From positions 720,001 to 752,000 of the forward strand of contig NC_021219.1 of NCBI RefSeq assembly GCF_000392435.1: a DNA stretch of 32,000 bases. Direction: 5' to 3'. The notes below the pieces were generated by a model. It saw only the letters and a program-made list of their open reading frames with translations. It did no database searches and was not told the DNA's origin. Origin of the DNA: Candidatus Saccharimonas aalborgensis (lineage in GTDB: Bacteria; Patescibacteriota; Saccharimonadia; Saccharimonadales; Saccharimonadaceae). This document shows, piece by piece, positions 22,429 through 31,031 of the stretch (its first letter is position 1; each line of letters begins with the position of its first letter). A program made the translations under genes and the position numbers.

Positions 22429-23025
22429 ATGTCTGTAACGATTGAGGATATCAAAAAGCTCAAAGAGCTGACAGGAGTTGGTCTCACTGATGCCAAGCAA
22501 GCGCTTGTTGAGGCGGATGGCAATTTCGACAAAGCGCTGGAGGCGATGCGCAAAAAAGGTCTCACAAAAGCTGAGAAAAAAGGTGATCGTGAGACGCGAG
22601 AAGGCTTGATTGAGAGCTATGTTCATTCTGGACGAATCGGCGTTATCGTAGAGGTGAATTGTGAAACCGACTTTGTGGCTCGGCTTCCCGAGTTCAAAGA
22701 GTTCGCTCACCAGATTGCTATGCAAATTGCTGCTATGAATCCGACGTATGCCACAATGGAAGATATCCCTGGTGACGTGCTTGAGGCCAAGAAGCATGAA
22801 TTACTTGAGAGCGAGAGTCTCAAAAGCAAACCCGAGGCCATGCGTGAGCAAATTGTCGATGGGCAGCTCAAAAAACATTTTGCAGAGCAAGTTCTCAGTG
22901 AGCAGACATTTGTGCTCGATGACACCAAGACAGTTGGCGAGCGAGTAAAAGAGCAAATCGCTTTGTCAGGTGAAAACATCCGCATTAGTCAGTTCAAACG
23001 TATCGAACTCGGCGTAACTGAATAG
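22429..23025 (+). CDS. tsf: translation elongation factor Ts (short form)
   Basis: ATG 22429 lies 1 nt after the rpsB stop. The N-terminal UBA-like domain is MSVTIEDIKKLKELTGVGLTDAKQALVEADGNFDKALEAMRKKG, followed by VEVNCETDFVAR. The ORF-track start 22369 lies inside rpsB. Confidence 0.93.
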   Translation: MSVTIEDIKKLKELTGVGLTDAKQALVEADGNFDKALEAMRKKGLTKAEKKGDRETREGLIESYVHSGRIGVIVEVNCETDFVARLPEFKEFAHQIAMQIAAMNPTYATMEDIPGDVLEAKKHELLESESLKSKPEAMREQIVDGQLKKHFAEQVLSEQTFVLDDTKTVGERVKEQIALSGENIRISQFKRIELGVTE

Positions 23026-23100
23026 TAGCATTGCTAGTCTACTCACACGTGTCCATCCCTCGCGCCGAGTTTGATTGGTGCGGTATTATAAACTATATCT

Positions 23101-23805
23101 ATGTACGAACGCTACCAACCTCACTTCGAAAACGAGTCTCACAAAGATTTTGAGTACGATGAATCTGGTAATGAGGTTGATCTGAGGCAAGAGGCCGAAG
23201 TCTTTTCTGACCACGAGAGAATTGATAACGGTCGTGATAGTGATATCAAAACACAACTAGCAAAGCTCCGTGAGAGCTTAAGCGAGGATAGCGACGGAAT
23301 TATTCACCTTGTAATCCCGGCGTATACCTATGACTTTAGTGAAAATCCTTTTGTGGGATTAGGGACGCATCGTACCAAAACCTATGAAATATCGCGCTAT
23401 ATCGACGTAGTGTTTTTGCACCGCTTTATGTATCAAGACATTATTGTCTGTGGTTTACAGTCAAGACAGTTTGTGGATGAGGGCAGTAGGGCATCTTTTG
23501 TCAAAAAAATGCGTGAGACGGGTGGAATACCGATCGACACTCGCGAACATCGGTCGTTTGATATCCTGGGCATGGAGTTTTGTCCCTATGTTGAGTACCA
23601 TTCCACAGACGCTTTTTTCAAACTGTATCACACCGTTATGCCACGCGTTGCGGATCGACCACACTATCCGCTCGATGTTTGGTTGATTTTTGATGCAAAC
23701 GCCTACCAGGAAGTGGAGGGCGCAAGTGACTTTCGGCGGGCGTTTCGTCTGAAAAGTGGTTACGATCGTCGCGCTAGTTTACTCGGCATAGCGCAGATCA
23801 ACTAA
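23101..23805 (+). CDS. hypothetical protein (occupies the usual pyrH position)
   Basis: 234-aa ORF between tsf and frr with no recognised family. The N-terminal 65 aa are acidic. No SD precedes the ATG, and AT-rich -10-like hexamers (tattat/tataaa, 23084-23092) lie immediately upstream. Confidence 0.6.
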   Translation: MYERYQPHFENESHKDFEYDESGNEVDLRQEAEVFSDHERIDNGRDSDIKTQLAKLRESLSEDSDGIIHLVIPAYTYDFSENPFVGLGTHRTKTYEISRYIDVVFLHRFMYQDIIVCGLQSRQFVDEGSRASFVKKMRETGGIPIDTREHRSFDILGMEFCPYVEYHSTDAFFKLYHTVMPRVADRPHYPLDVWLIFDANAYQEVEGASDFRRAFRLKSGYDRRASLLGIAQIN

Positions 23806-23846
23806 GCATTTGCTATAATAAGTGAAGTATAACTTGAGAGGAAGCA

Positions 23847-24401
23847 ATGTTTGATACAGATATCTATGAGCTAAAGATGGAAGGTGCTTTCGAGCATTTT
23901 ACAGATGAATTAAGCAAGATCCGTACCGGTCGAGCTCATCCTGGTATGCTCGACGGCATAAAGGTAATGGCCTATGGTGTCGAAGTGCCCCTCAACCAAG
24001 TAGCAAATGTTACCGCCCCCGAGGCGCAATTGTTGCAGATTACGCCATTTGATCCTGCAAATCTCCAACATATTGCGACCGCGATCAGGAACGATCAAGG
24101 TCTAGGGCTCAATCCGAGTGATGATGGTCGTGTCGTACGCGTCCCCGTACCAGCACTGACCGAGGAGCGCCGCAAGCTGCTCGTCAAGCAAGCGGGTGAA
24201 AAAAGCGAAGAGGCGAGAATTGGTCTGCGTACGATTCGTCAGGATGGCATCAAGGATGCTCGCCAAAAAAAGGATGCCAAGGAGCTTTCCGAGGACGACC
24301 TGAAGCGTGTTGAGAAAGAGTTTGACAGATTGATGAGTGTTTATCAGCAAAAAATTGACGAGGCATGCAAAACGAAGGAAAAGGAAATCCTTACAATCTA
24401 A
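23847..24401 (+). CDS. frr: ribosome recycling factor
   Basis: 184 aa, colinear with RRF (FTDELSKIRTGRAHPGMLDGIKV ... NPSDDGRVVRVPVPALTEERRKLLVK). TGcTATAAT lies at 23811-23819 and RBS gagaggaag at 23836-23844. Confidence 0.95.
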   Translation: MFDTDIYELKMEGAFEHFTDELSKIRTGRAHPGMLDGIKVMAYGVEVPLNQVANVTAPEAQLLQITPFDPANLQHIATAIRNDQGLGLNPSDDGRVVRVPVPALTEERRKLLVKQAGEKSEEARIGLRTIRQDGIKDARQKKDAKELSEDDLKRVEKEFDRLMSVYQQKIDEACKTKEKEILTI

Positions 24402-24402
24402 T

Positions 24403-25089
24403 ATGCCGAGCTCCCTTCCTACTCATATAGGCTATATCGTTGATGGTAATCGACGCTGGGCCAAGCAACGCGGCCTTTCTGCCTCGGAGGGTCACGCTGC
24501 TGGCTATGAGGTTGTAAAAACTATTATTATCGACACCATCAAACGAGGTGTCCCGTATGTGAGCGCGTATATATTTAGTACCGAAAACTGGCAACGAAGC
24601 CCCATCGAGGTTAACTTCTTAATGAAGCTTATTGTGCGAGTGCTGACCGATGATCTACATATCTTTATCGAAAATAATATTCGACTTAGGATAGCGGGAT
24701 CAAAAAAACGGCTGACGAAGGGGGTCTTGCGAGCTATTGAGGAGGCTGAACAACAAACGAAGCATTTGACTGGCGGGCAAGCCATCATCTGTCTCAATTA
24801 CGGTGGACATCAGGAACTTGCTGATGCATTTGAAGCGATGCGAGACCACGTCGGCGACCAAGTCATTACACCGGACGTCATCGAGAAATTTCTGTATACA
24901 CCAGACGTACCGGCATGTGATTTAATAGTTCGAACAAGCGGTGAACAGCGGCTCAGTGGCTATATGTTATGGCGCTCGACTTATAGTGAGCTGTTATTTC
25001 TCAAAAAGCACTGGCCGGACATGACAACAAAAGACGTTAGCAGTATACTAAAGGAATACGAACGCCGCGAACGACGGCATGGATCATAG
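24403..25089 (+). CDS. uppS: undecaprenyl (isoprenyl) diphosphate synthase
   Basis: ATG 24403 lies 1 nt after the frr stop. It has HIGYIVDGNRRWAKQRGL, FSTENWQRS and IRTSGEQRLSGYMLW, typical of cis-prenyltransferases. The ORF-track start 24337 lies inside frr. Confidence 0.92.
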   Translation: MPSSLPTHIGYIVDGNRRWAKQRGLSASEGHAAGYEVVKTIIIDTIKRGVPYVSAYIFSTENWQRSPIEVNFLMKLIVRVLTDDLHIFIENNIRLRIAGSKKRLTKGVLRAIEEAEQQTKHLTGGQAIICLNYGGHQELADAFEAMRDHVGDQVITPDVIEKFLYTPDVPACDLIVRTSGEQRLSGYMLWRSTYSELLFLKKHWPDMTTKDVSSILKEYERRERRHGS

Positions 25090-25101
25090 GAGGGGATTGA
25101 T

Positions 25102-26265
25102 ATGGAGACAGTGATCGGTATTATCGTGGGCCTGCTTATTATTACGTTTTTGGTAGTGGTTCATGAGTTAGGACATGCGTTGGTAGCGCGCCGAAATGGT
25201 GTCATCGTCGAAGAGTTTGGGATTGGTTTTCCCCCAAAGATCTGGGGACGTAAGGTTAAGAAAAGTCCGCTTGGCAACAATGTGCTGTTTAGTATAAATC
25301 TCTTGCCACTCGGTGGATTTGTTAAACTCCAAGGCGAACACGATAGTGACAAGAAAAAAGGTGATTATGGTGCCGCCTCTTTTTGGCAAAAGACCAATAT
25401 ACTGCTTGCGGGTGTTGCAATGAACTGGGCGGTTGCCGTCGTTCTGTTTACTATCCTGGCTGCGATCGGTATCCCAAAAATTATCCCCAATCAGTTTAGC
25501 ATTCCGGCCGATACAACGGTACTAAACCAACCTGTTGAGATTGTATCTGTCGGTAAAGAATCTCCCGCTGAGAAGGCGGGGTTACGTTCAGGCGACAAGA
25601 TTTTGCGATTTGCTGATGCGCCGCTTGAGCAAAAGAGCGCGCTTGCCACCCTTGCCGAACAGCATAAGGGCGAGAAAGTTTCAGTCGTGTATTCTCGTGG
25701 AGGCACCGAATACACCACCAGTGCAACACTACGCGCAGACAATGCAGACAAAAAAGGCTACCTCGGTGTCACCTCGGCGCAGCAGGAGCTCGTTCGTTCG
25801 ACCTGGTCTGCGCCAGTAGTTGGGGTTGGCTTAACGGCCCAGTTAAGCTGGGTGACACTGCAAGGTGTAGGTGATCTGTTAGTAAAGGCCGTAACAAACA
25901 TAGCTCTACAACTTAGCCCAGACGAAAAAACACGTCAGGACGCGAGCCAGACACTTTCATCAATCGGTGATGGGGTTGCCGGCCCGGTCGGTATTTATGG
26001 GGTGATATTTCCTGCGGCGGAGAAAGCAGGCTTCGTCCATCTTGTGCTACTGAGTGCGATTATATCGTTGACACTTGCGGTTATGAACATATTACCGATT
26101 CCTGCGCTTGACGGTGGTAGATGGTTTGTCACGTGGCTCTATCGTCTGCGCAAAAAAGTTTTGACCCAAGAGATCGAGGAAAAGATCCACGGTATCGGGT
26201 TTATGGTGCTGATGGCACTTGTTGTTCTGGTGACAATTGCTGATATTGGGAAACTTCGTGGGTGA
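25102..26265 (+). CDS. rseP: RIP site-2 metalloprotease RseP (M50) with PDZ domain
   Basis: 387 aa with HELGHALVAR (HExxH) in TM1, a PDZ-like segment (VGKESPAEKAGLRSGDKILRF) and a C-terminal NILPIPALDGG motif. RBS aggagggg. Confidence 0.92.
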   Translation: METVIGIIVGLLIITFLVVVHELGHALVARRNGVIVEEFGIGFPPKIWGRKVKKSPLGNNVLFSINLLPLGGFVKLQGEHDSDKKKGDYGAASFWQKTNILLAGVAMNWAVAVVLFTILAAIGIPKIIPNQFSIPADTTVLNQPVEIVSVGKESPAEKAGLRSGDKILRFADAPLEQKSALATLAEQHKGEKVSVVYSRGGTEYTTSATLRADNADKKGYLGVTSAQQELVRSTWSAPVVGVGLTAQLSWVTLQGVGDLLVKAVTNIALQLSPDEKTRQDASQTLSSIGDGVAGPVGIYGVIFPAAEKAGFVHLVLLSAIISLTLAVMNILPIPALDGGRWFVTWLYRLRKKVLTQEIEEKIHGIGFMVLMALVVLVTIADIGKLRG

Positions 26266-26996
26266 GTGACAAAAAAAGACAAAAGATTCCCAGTATTGTT
26301 GTCTGGATTGCATGGTGTCTATGGATAATTGCCAGTCTTGTCATGGGGGCATTTTTGACGTCAGAGCTATTCCACATGCTGATGCGAGCGGGGTGGATCT
26401 CTGGTCTCCATACACCAAGCTACGTATTGTTTGAGTACCTTGTGGCATACGCGTTGTCGATGCTCATAGCAGTCGGAATACCTCTTTACGGATGGCGTAT
26501 GGCTATCTCAAAGCAAGAGTTTGGCATTGCACGCTCACTTCGATGGACAGATCTTGGTTGGGGACTCATCGGGATGGTGGCGTATGTCGCATTGGCGCAA
26601 CTAGCTCTCAATATCATTGTGGCGCTAGTGCCAACATTTAACGTGACTGAGGCACAAGATGTCGGCTTTACGGTCGTGTTTGGGTGGGAACGAATGCTAG
26701 CGTTCACTGTCTTGGTTATTGTTGCACCAGTAGTAGAAGAGCTGCTATTTCGCGGCTTTTTATATGGTCGCCTCAGAAAGTTGCATGCACCCGTATGGCT
26801 CTCGGTACTATTCGTTAGCGCGGTATTTGGGTTTGTTCATGGCCAATGGAATCTTGCCGTTGATGTTTTTATCCTGGGAGTTGTGGCTGCTCTTCTGCGT
26901 GAAAAAACCGGTACTATATGGCCGGGTGTTGTCATCCATATGATGAAAAACGCTGTTGCGTTTTATCTTGTATTTGTAATGATGATGGGTCGCTAA
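26262..26996 (+). CDS. CPBP family intramembrane glutamic endopeptidase (CAAX protease/Abi-like)
   Basis: 244 aa, polytopic, with motif 1 PVVEELLFRGFLY, motif 2 FGFVHG and motif 3 HMMKNA. Its GTG start overlaps the rseP stop (GTGA, 26262-26265). Confidence 0.85.
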   Translation: MSDKKRQKIPSIVVWIAWCLWIIASLVMGAFLTSELFHMLMRAGWISGLHTPSYVLFEYLVAYALSMLIAVGIPLYGWRMAISKQEFGIARSLRWTDLGWGLIGMVAYVALAQLALNIIVALVPTFNVTEAQDVGFTVVFGWERMLAFTVLVIVAPVVEELLFRGFLYGRLRKLHAPVWLSVLFVSAVFGFVHGQWNLAVDVFILGVVAALLREKTGTIWPGVVIHMMKNAVAFYLVFVMMMGR

Positions 26997-27002
26997 CCAC
27001 TA

Positions 27003-27743
27003 ATGGCGCCAATCTTGGTAGTAAAAGTCGGTACAAGCACTTTATTGTCTCGACATGAAGCGCCGATGGGTACCTTTGAGGTGATTGCAAATAGCATAAT
27101 CTCACTAAGGGAACGGTATAGAATTGTCTTGGTCACTTCGGGAGCAATCGGTTTTGGCGTCGTGCAGGCTGGTATTGGTATGCGCCCAACAGAGATAGCA
27201 AAGCTCCAGGCACTTTCGATGATGGGGCAGGTGGGCTTACTGAGGAGATGGCGTGAGGCATTTGACCCTCTGGCAATAGGCCAAGTGCTGGTGACGCGTG
27301 CTGACCTTGAGCGTCAGGCGTCGTCAGATAGCTTTCGTCAGAGTGTAGGGCAACTATGGGAGTATGGAGCCATACCAATTCTCAATGAAAATGATGCGGT
27401 GAGTAATGACGAAATCAGCTTTGGCGACAACGATCAGTTGGCGGCCGAGGTTGCAGTTGCGATTGGTGCGCAGCATCTCATATTGCTGACAGACCAGGAC
27501 GGTATTCGAAGCGATTTTGGCACCATGAGCGAGCAGCGTATCCCGGAGATTTCGGTAGAAGACGTAGGCAAACATCTTACGACTGCGGGCTCACCAGTGG
27601 GAAAAGGTGGTGCATTGAGCAAGGTCCAGGCGGCGCGTATTGCACTTGAGGTCGGTATAGAGGTAGTGATCGCTCACGCAGCCTCTCCGAATTCAATCCA
27701 GGATGCCCTCGCTGGCAAAATTGGCACGAAGCTAGTACAATGA
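27003..27743 (+). CDS. proB: glutamate 5-kinase (kinase domain only, no PUA domain)
   Basis: 246 aa, colinear with the ProB kinase domain: LVVKVGTSTL, IVLVTSGAIGFG, LVTRADLE, PILNENDAVSNDEISFGDNDQLAAEVA, LILLTDQDG and GKGGALSKVQAA. It ends where the PUA domain would begin. Confidence 0.85.
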   Translation: MAPILVVKVGTSTLLSRHEAPMGTFEVIANSIISLRERYRIVLVTSGAIGFGVVQAGIGMRPTEIAKLQALSMMGQVGLLRRWREAFDPLAIGQVLVTRADLERQASSDSFRQSVGQLWEYGAIPILNENDAVSNDEISFGDNDQLAAEVAVAIGAQHLILLTDQDGIRSDFGTMSEQRIPEISVEDVGKHLTTAGSPVGKGGALSKVQAARIALEVGIEVVIAHAASPNSIQDALAGKIGTKLVQ

Positions 27744-27752
27744 AAGCCACAT

Positions 27753-28994
27753 ATGAGATTGTCGCATAATTTTACTCGGACTCTTAAGGACGTGCCCGCA
27801 GATGAGGTGTCGCGAAATGCTCAATTACTCATTCGCGCCGGCTATGTGTATAAGGTAATGGCGGGCGTCTATGCCTACACACCGCTTGGTATTAAAGTAC
27901 TCGAGAATATCAAGCAAGTTGTACGTGAGGAGATGAATGCTATCGGTAGCCAAGAGATCATCATGAGCAGCCTGCAGCGAAAAGAGACCTGGGAAGTAAC
28001 CGACCGATGGGATGACAAAAAGGTTGATGTGTGGTTTAAGTCAGCGCTTCAGGATGGTACAGAAGTAGGGTTTGGCTGGTCACACGAAGAAGCAATCCTC
28101 GAGATGATGCGTCAGTACATCAAGAGCTACAAAGACCTACCCGTGTCGGTGTATCAGATACAGACCAAGTTACGAAACGAATTGCGTGCCAAGAGCGGTA
28201 TTATGCGCGGACGGGAATTTATCATGAAGGACATGTACTCTCTCCATGCCACTGAAGCGGACTGTGATGCGTACTACGAGCGTGCTATTGCGGCATATAA
28301 GCGGGTCTATGAGCGGCTAGGGATAGGCGAGGACACCTTTATTACCTTTGCAAGTGGTGGTGCATTTACAACGTTTAGCCATGAGTTTCAGACGATTTGT
28401 GAAGCGGGCGAGGACACCCTCTTCGTGAATGAAAGTCATACCGTGGCGGTCAACGAGGAGGTGCTGGATGATGCCACGAGGGAGCTAGGAATTGATAAGG
28501 AATCTCTTGTGCCAGTGGTGAGCGCCGAATCAGGCAATATTTTCAAATTTGGCACCGAAAAAGCCGAAAAGATGAAACTATACTTTACCGGCGAAGACGG
28601 TGAACAGCATCCTGTCTACCTGGCTTCATACGGTATTGGCATCACACGCGCGATGGGTGTAATTGTTGAGAAGTTTGCAGACGATAAAGGGATTGTTTGG
28701 CCAACGTCGGTCGCTCCCGCACTTGTCTATCTTGTGCAGATCGGCCAGCAGCAGTCACTGCGGCATGCCAATAGTCTTTATGATGAGCTGATGTCCCAGG
28801 GTATAGAGGTAATGTATGATGATCGCGATGAACGTCCAGGTGCTAAATTTGCCGATAGCGAATTGATGGGTATCCCGTATCGTGTTACCGTCAGTGATCG
28901 ACTAATATCCGATGAAAAATACGAATTTACCTCGAGAAAAACCGGTGAAACCGAACTATTGACGCGTGACGAATTACTTGCTAGACTTAGGTAA
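27753..28994 (+). CDS. proS: prolyl-tRNA synthetase, bacterial type lacking the INS editing domain
   Basis: 413 aa, colinear with bacterial ProRS: MRLSHNFTRTLKDVPADE..LLIRAGYV, class II motif 2 YQIQTKLRNELRAKSGIMRGREFIMKDMYS and SHEFQ..GED. Only about 35 aa lie where E. coli ProRS carries its INS editing insertion. The C-terminal anticodon-binding domain is present. Confidence 0.88.
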   Translation: MRLSHNFTRTLKDVPADEVSRNAQLLIRAGYVYKVMAGVYAYTPLGIKVLENIKQVVREEMNAIGSQEIIMSSLQRKETWEVTDRWDDKKVDVWFKSALQDGTEVGFGWSHEEAILEMMRQYIKSYKDLPVSVYQIQTKLRNELRAKSGIMRGREFIMKDMYSLHATEADCDAYYERAIAAYKRVYERLGIGEDTFITFASGGAFTTFSHEFQTICEAGEDTLFVNESHTVAVNEEVLDDATRELGIDKESLVPVVSAESGNIFKFGTEKAEKMKLYFTGEDGEQHPVYLASYGIGITRAMGVIVEKFADDKGIVWPTSVAPALVYLVQIGQQQSLRHANSLYDELMSQGIEVMYDDRDERPGAKFADSELMGIPYRVTVSDRLISDEKYEFTSRKTGETELLTRDELLARLR

Positions 28995-29080
28995 TTCGAG
29001 ATCGTCTTACGGAGGGGTAACAACGCTAATCAAGAGGATTAGGTCCTTCCACGGGGCTCGAAATTAGAGGTATTACAAGT

Positions 29081-29536
29081 ATGAAAAAAGCATATCAGAT
29101 TACAGAAGCTGGCCGCAAAGAACTCGAGGCAGAACTCGCTGAACTTAAGAGTCGTCGTGGTGATATTGCGGCGAAGATTGCCGAAGCGCGTGACTACGGT
29201 GATTTAAGTGAAAATGCAGAGTATGATAGCGCGCGTGAAGAGCAAGGTCTTGTCGAAACGCGTGTTGCGGAGATCGAAGATATTCTCATGAACGCCGAAG
29301 AGATCAAGTCCCGGAAGTCCAGCAAGATTCAGTTGGGGAGCACCGTTGAGCTCAAGACGGGGGCAAAAAAGTTTAGCTATACCCTGGTCGGTCCTGTTGA
29401 AGCAGATCCGCTGAGCGGCAAAATTAGCAACGAGTCGCCCATCGGTGTTGCATTGCTTGGTAAGGTCGTTGGCGACAAGGCCACCATCACTACACCAAAG
29501 GGTGATACTACCTACACCATCGTCTCGATAGCATAA
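29081..29536 (+). CDS. greA: transcription elongation factor GreA
   Basis: 151 aa with an N-terminal coiled coil carrying the acidic tip (AEARDYGDLSENAEYDSAREEQ) and a C-terminal FKBP-like domain (ISNESPIGVALLGKVVGD). Confidence 0.95.
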   Translation: MKKAYQITEAGRKELEAELAELKSRRGDIAAKIAEARDYGDLSENAEYDSAREEQGLVETRVAEIEDILMNAEEIKSRKSSKIQLGSTVELKTGAKKFSYTLVGPVEADPLSGKISNESPIGVALLGKVVGDKATITTPKGDTTYTIVSIA

Positions 29537-29554
29537 GCGATGTCCTTTCAGTAT

Positions 29555-29590
29555 ACAATATTCCACATATAGTGGGATATTGTTTATTTT
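29555..29590 (+). terminator. strong rho-independent terminator after greA
   Basis: 12-bp stem: acaatattccac (29555-29566) pairs with gtgggatattgt (29572-29583), loop atata, followed by ttatttt (29584-29590). Confidence 0.85.
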
Positions 29591-29625
29591 ACATACAAAA
29601 AACACTAGCGCTAGCGTAATAAGGT

Positions 29626-29634
29626 TGGTACTAT
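29626..29634 (+). promoter_or_regulatory. extended -10 element TGgTACTAT upstream of the metallophosphoesterase-like gene
   Basis: tggtactat at 29626-29634, the same TGn-hexamer architecture as the other promoters in the window. It implies a leader of about 105 nt before ATG 29748. Confidence 0.4.
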
Positions 29635-29747
29635 GAAGGTAAGTTCGCTTTTTGGGAGGCGGCTCAGCAAAATTACAAACGAGGGTAGACAAAGCTGTGG
29701 GCGTGAGGGCAAGCATCTTGTCAATCTTTTTAAAATAGGGGAGAAAT

Positions 29748-31031
29748 ATGGCAGAAAGAATAGGCAAGACACAGGAAGTTTTGCATGATGACGGTAATGT
29801 GGCAACTGAGTTTGTCGCGGGCGCCGAACAAGCACCGCAGCCTGTCGTCGACACTGCACAGGAGTTCTTGAGGGCTGCAGGAGTTGATCCGAGCAGAGTA
29901 AACTATTCTGTTCACCTCAAACCTGTCGAGACGAAAGATGACGATGGTAATGTTGTTGGTACAACCTACAAGGCCACGAGCGGCTGGGCAAAATCAACTC
30001 GTCCCGCTAAAGGTGATGCTGAGCGTGAGCTACTCGAAACCTACGCTCACTATACAACGCCCCCGTCACCACGCATTAGTCCCGTTCGCACTAGTAGCTA
30101 CCGCACCGGCAAAAGGGATAAGATTGGTGTTATCCTTCCTGATACTCAGTTTGGTTATCGCTATGTAGACGGCATTTATGTGCCCATTCATGATCCTCGT
30201 GCCCTCAACGTTGCGCGTCAGGTAATCCGCTGCATTGGCACCGAACTCGACCTCGTTGTTCATGTTGGCGATGCGCTCGACTACCCCCATTTCGGCAAAC
30301 ATGATGATGATCCTGCGACCTGGAATACTACTCAAAAAACAAATGCGGACTTCCAGCGGGAAGTTACTGCTGGTGCAATGCGCGCTGATGCGCCAAATGC
30401 AAAAAGTGTATGGCTCGAGGGAAATCACGAGAAGCGTCGCCGTGTGTATGTGGAAGATAAGGCACCTCACCTTGTCGGTGAGCGAGTTGTCAACCCGGAT
30501 GGTTCCCCAGGTGAGTTGGCCCTATCTTTGGCAAATGTATTCAGTTTAGGGAAGCTTGGTATCGATTACATCGAGGGCTATCCCAATAACTGGTACCGCA
30601 TCAATGACCGACTCATGGTAATTCATGGCAGCCAATCAAACGTAAAGGGGAGTACTGTGCACGGCATACTGCATAACACGGCGCATCCCTCGATGTCTGT
30701 CATTAGCGGCCATACGCATCGAGCTGAAAAGGCCACCAAGACGATATACCTACCCGACGGAACACCACGAACTGTTCAAGCCGAATCATTTGGTACGTTG
30801 GCAGACATTCGTGGAGCGGTGCCGGCTGGCAATATGGGACGCACTATGGATAATCTTCACACCGAAAGCTTACCAAACTGGCAGCAGGGCTTAGGAATTG
30901 TCTATTACCGTGAAGGTGATGCACCGTTTAAGACCGAATTTGTGCCAATTCATACCTTTGATGGCCATGAAGCACTGTTTGATGGTAAGGTATTTACTCC
31001 AACGGTCGACGAGTACGGCAACCCACTATAA
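29748..31031 (+). CDS. calcineurin-like metallophosphoesterase domain protein with unknown N-terminal region
   Basis: 427 aa with RBS ggggaga. The ordered MPE motifs are GVILPDTQ (motif I variant, D132), VHVGDALDY (GD), WLEGNHEKR (GNHE), MVIHGSQ (H) and ISGHTHRAE (GHxH). The first 125 aa or so have no recognised similarity. Confidence 0.7.
   Translation: MAERIGKTQEVLHDDGNVATEFVAGAEQAPQPVVDTAQEFLRAAGVDPSRVNYSVHLKPVETKDDDGNVVGTTYKATSGWAKSTRPAKGDAERELLETYAHYTTPPSPRISPVRTSSYRTGKRDKIGVILPDTQFGYRYVDGIYVPIHDPRALNVARQVIRCIGTELDLVVHVGDALDYPHFGKHDDDPATWNTTQKTNADFQREVTAGAMRADAPNAKSVWLEGNHEKRRRVYVEDKAPHLVGERVVNPDGSPGELALSLANVFSLGKLGIDYIEGYPNNWYRINDRLMVIHGSQSNVKGSTVHGILHNTAHPSMSVISGHTHRAEKATKTIYLPDGTPRTVQAESFGTLADIRGAVPAGNMGRTMDNLHTESLPNWQQGLGIVYYREGDAPFKTEFVPIHTFDGHEALFDGKVFTPTVDEYGNPL

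Noticed and set aside
28993-29065. Imperfect inverted repeat (aattcgag / ctcgaaatt) enclosing about 56 nt between proS and greA, checked as a possible tRNA or small RNA
   Set aside because: There are no D-loop or T-loop (GTTCRANYC) signatures and no 7-bp acceptor geometry. The inner pairing (ggaggg/ccttcc) is modest and no T-run follows. It may be a greA leader or a weak proS terminator, but the sequence alone does not support a specific call.
29633-29788. 51-aa basic small ORF (MKVSSLFGRRLSK...) upstream of, and overlapping, the MPE gene
   Set aside because: Its ATG lies inside the predicted -10 element (29626-29634), so it would not be on the transcript. It overlaps the MPE start out of frame, there is no conservation evidence, and the RBS is only a weak aagg.
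29204-29854. 216-aa minus-strand ORF spanning the greA antisense strand and the greA-MPE intergenic region
   Set aside because: It crosses the greA terminator hairpin, overlaps two supported plus-strand genes, and has a Cys/Leu-rich nonsense-like composition with no RBS.
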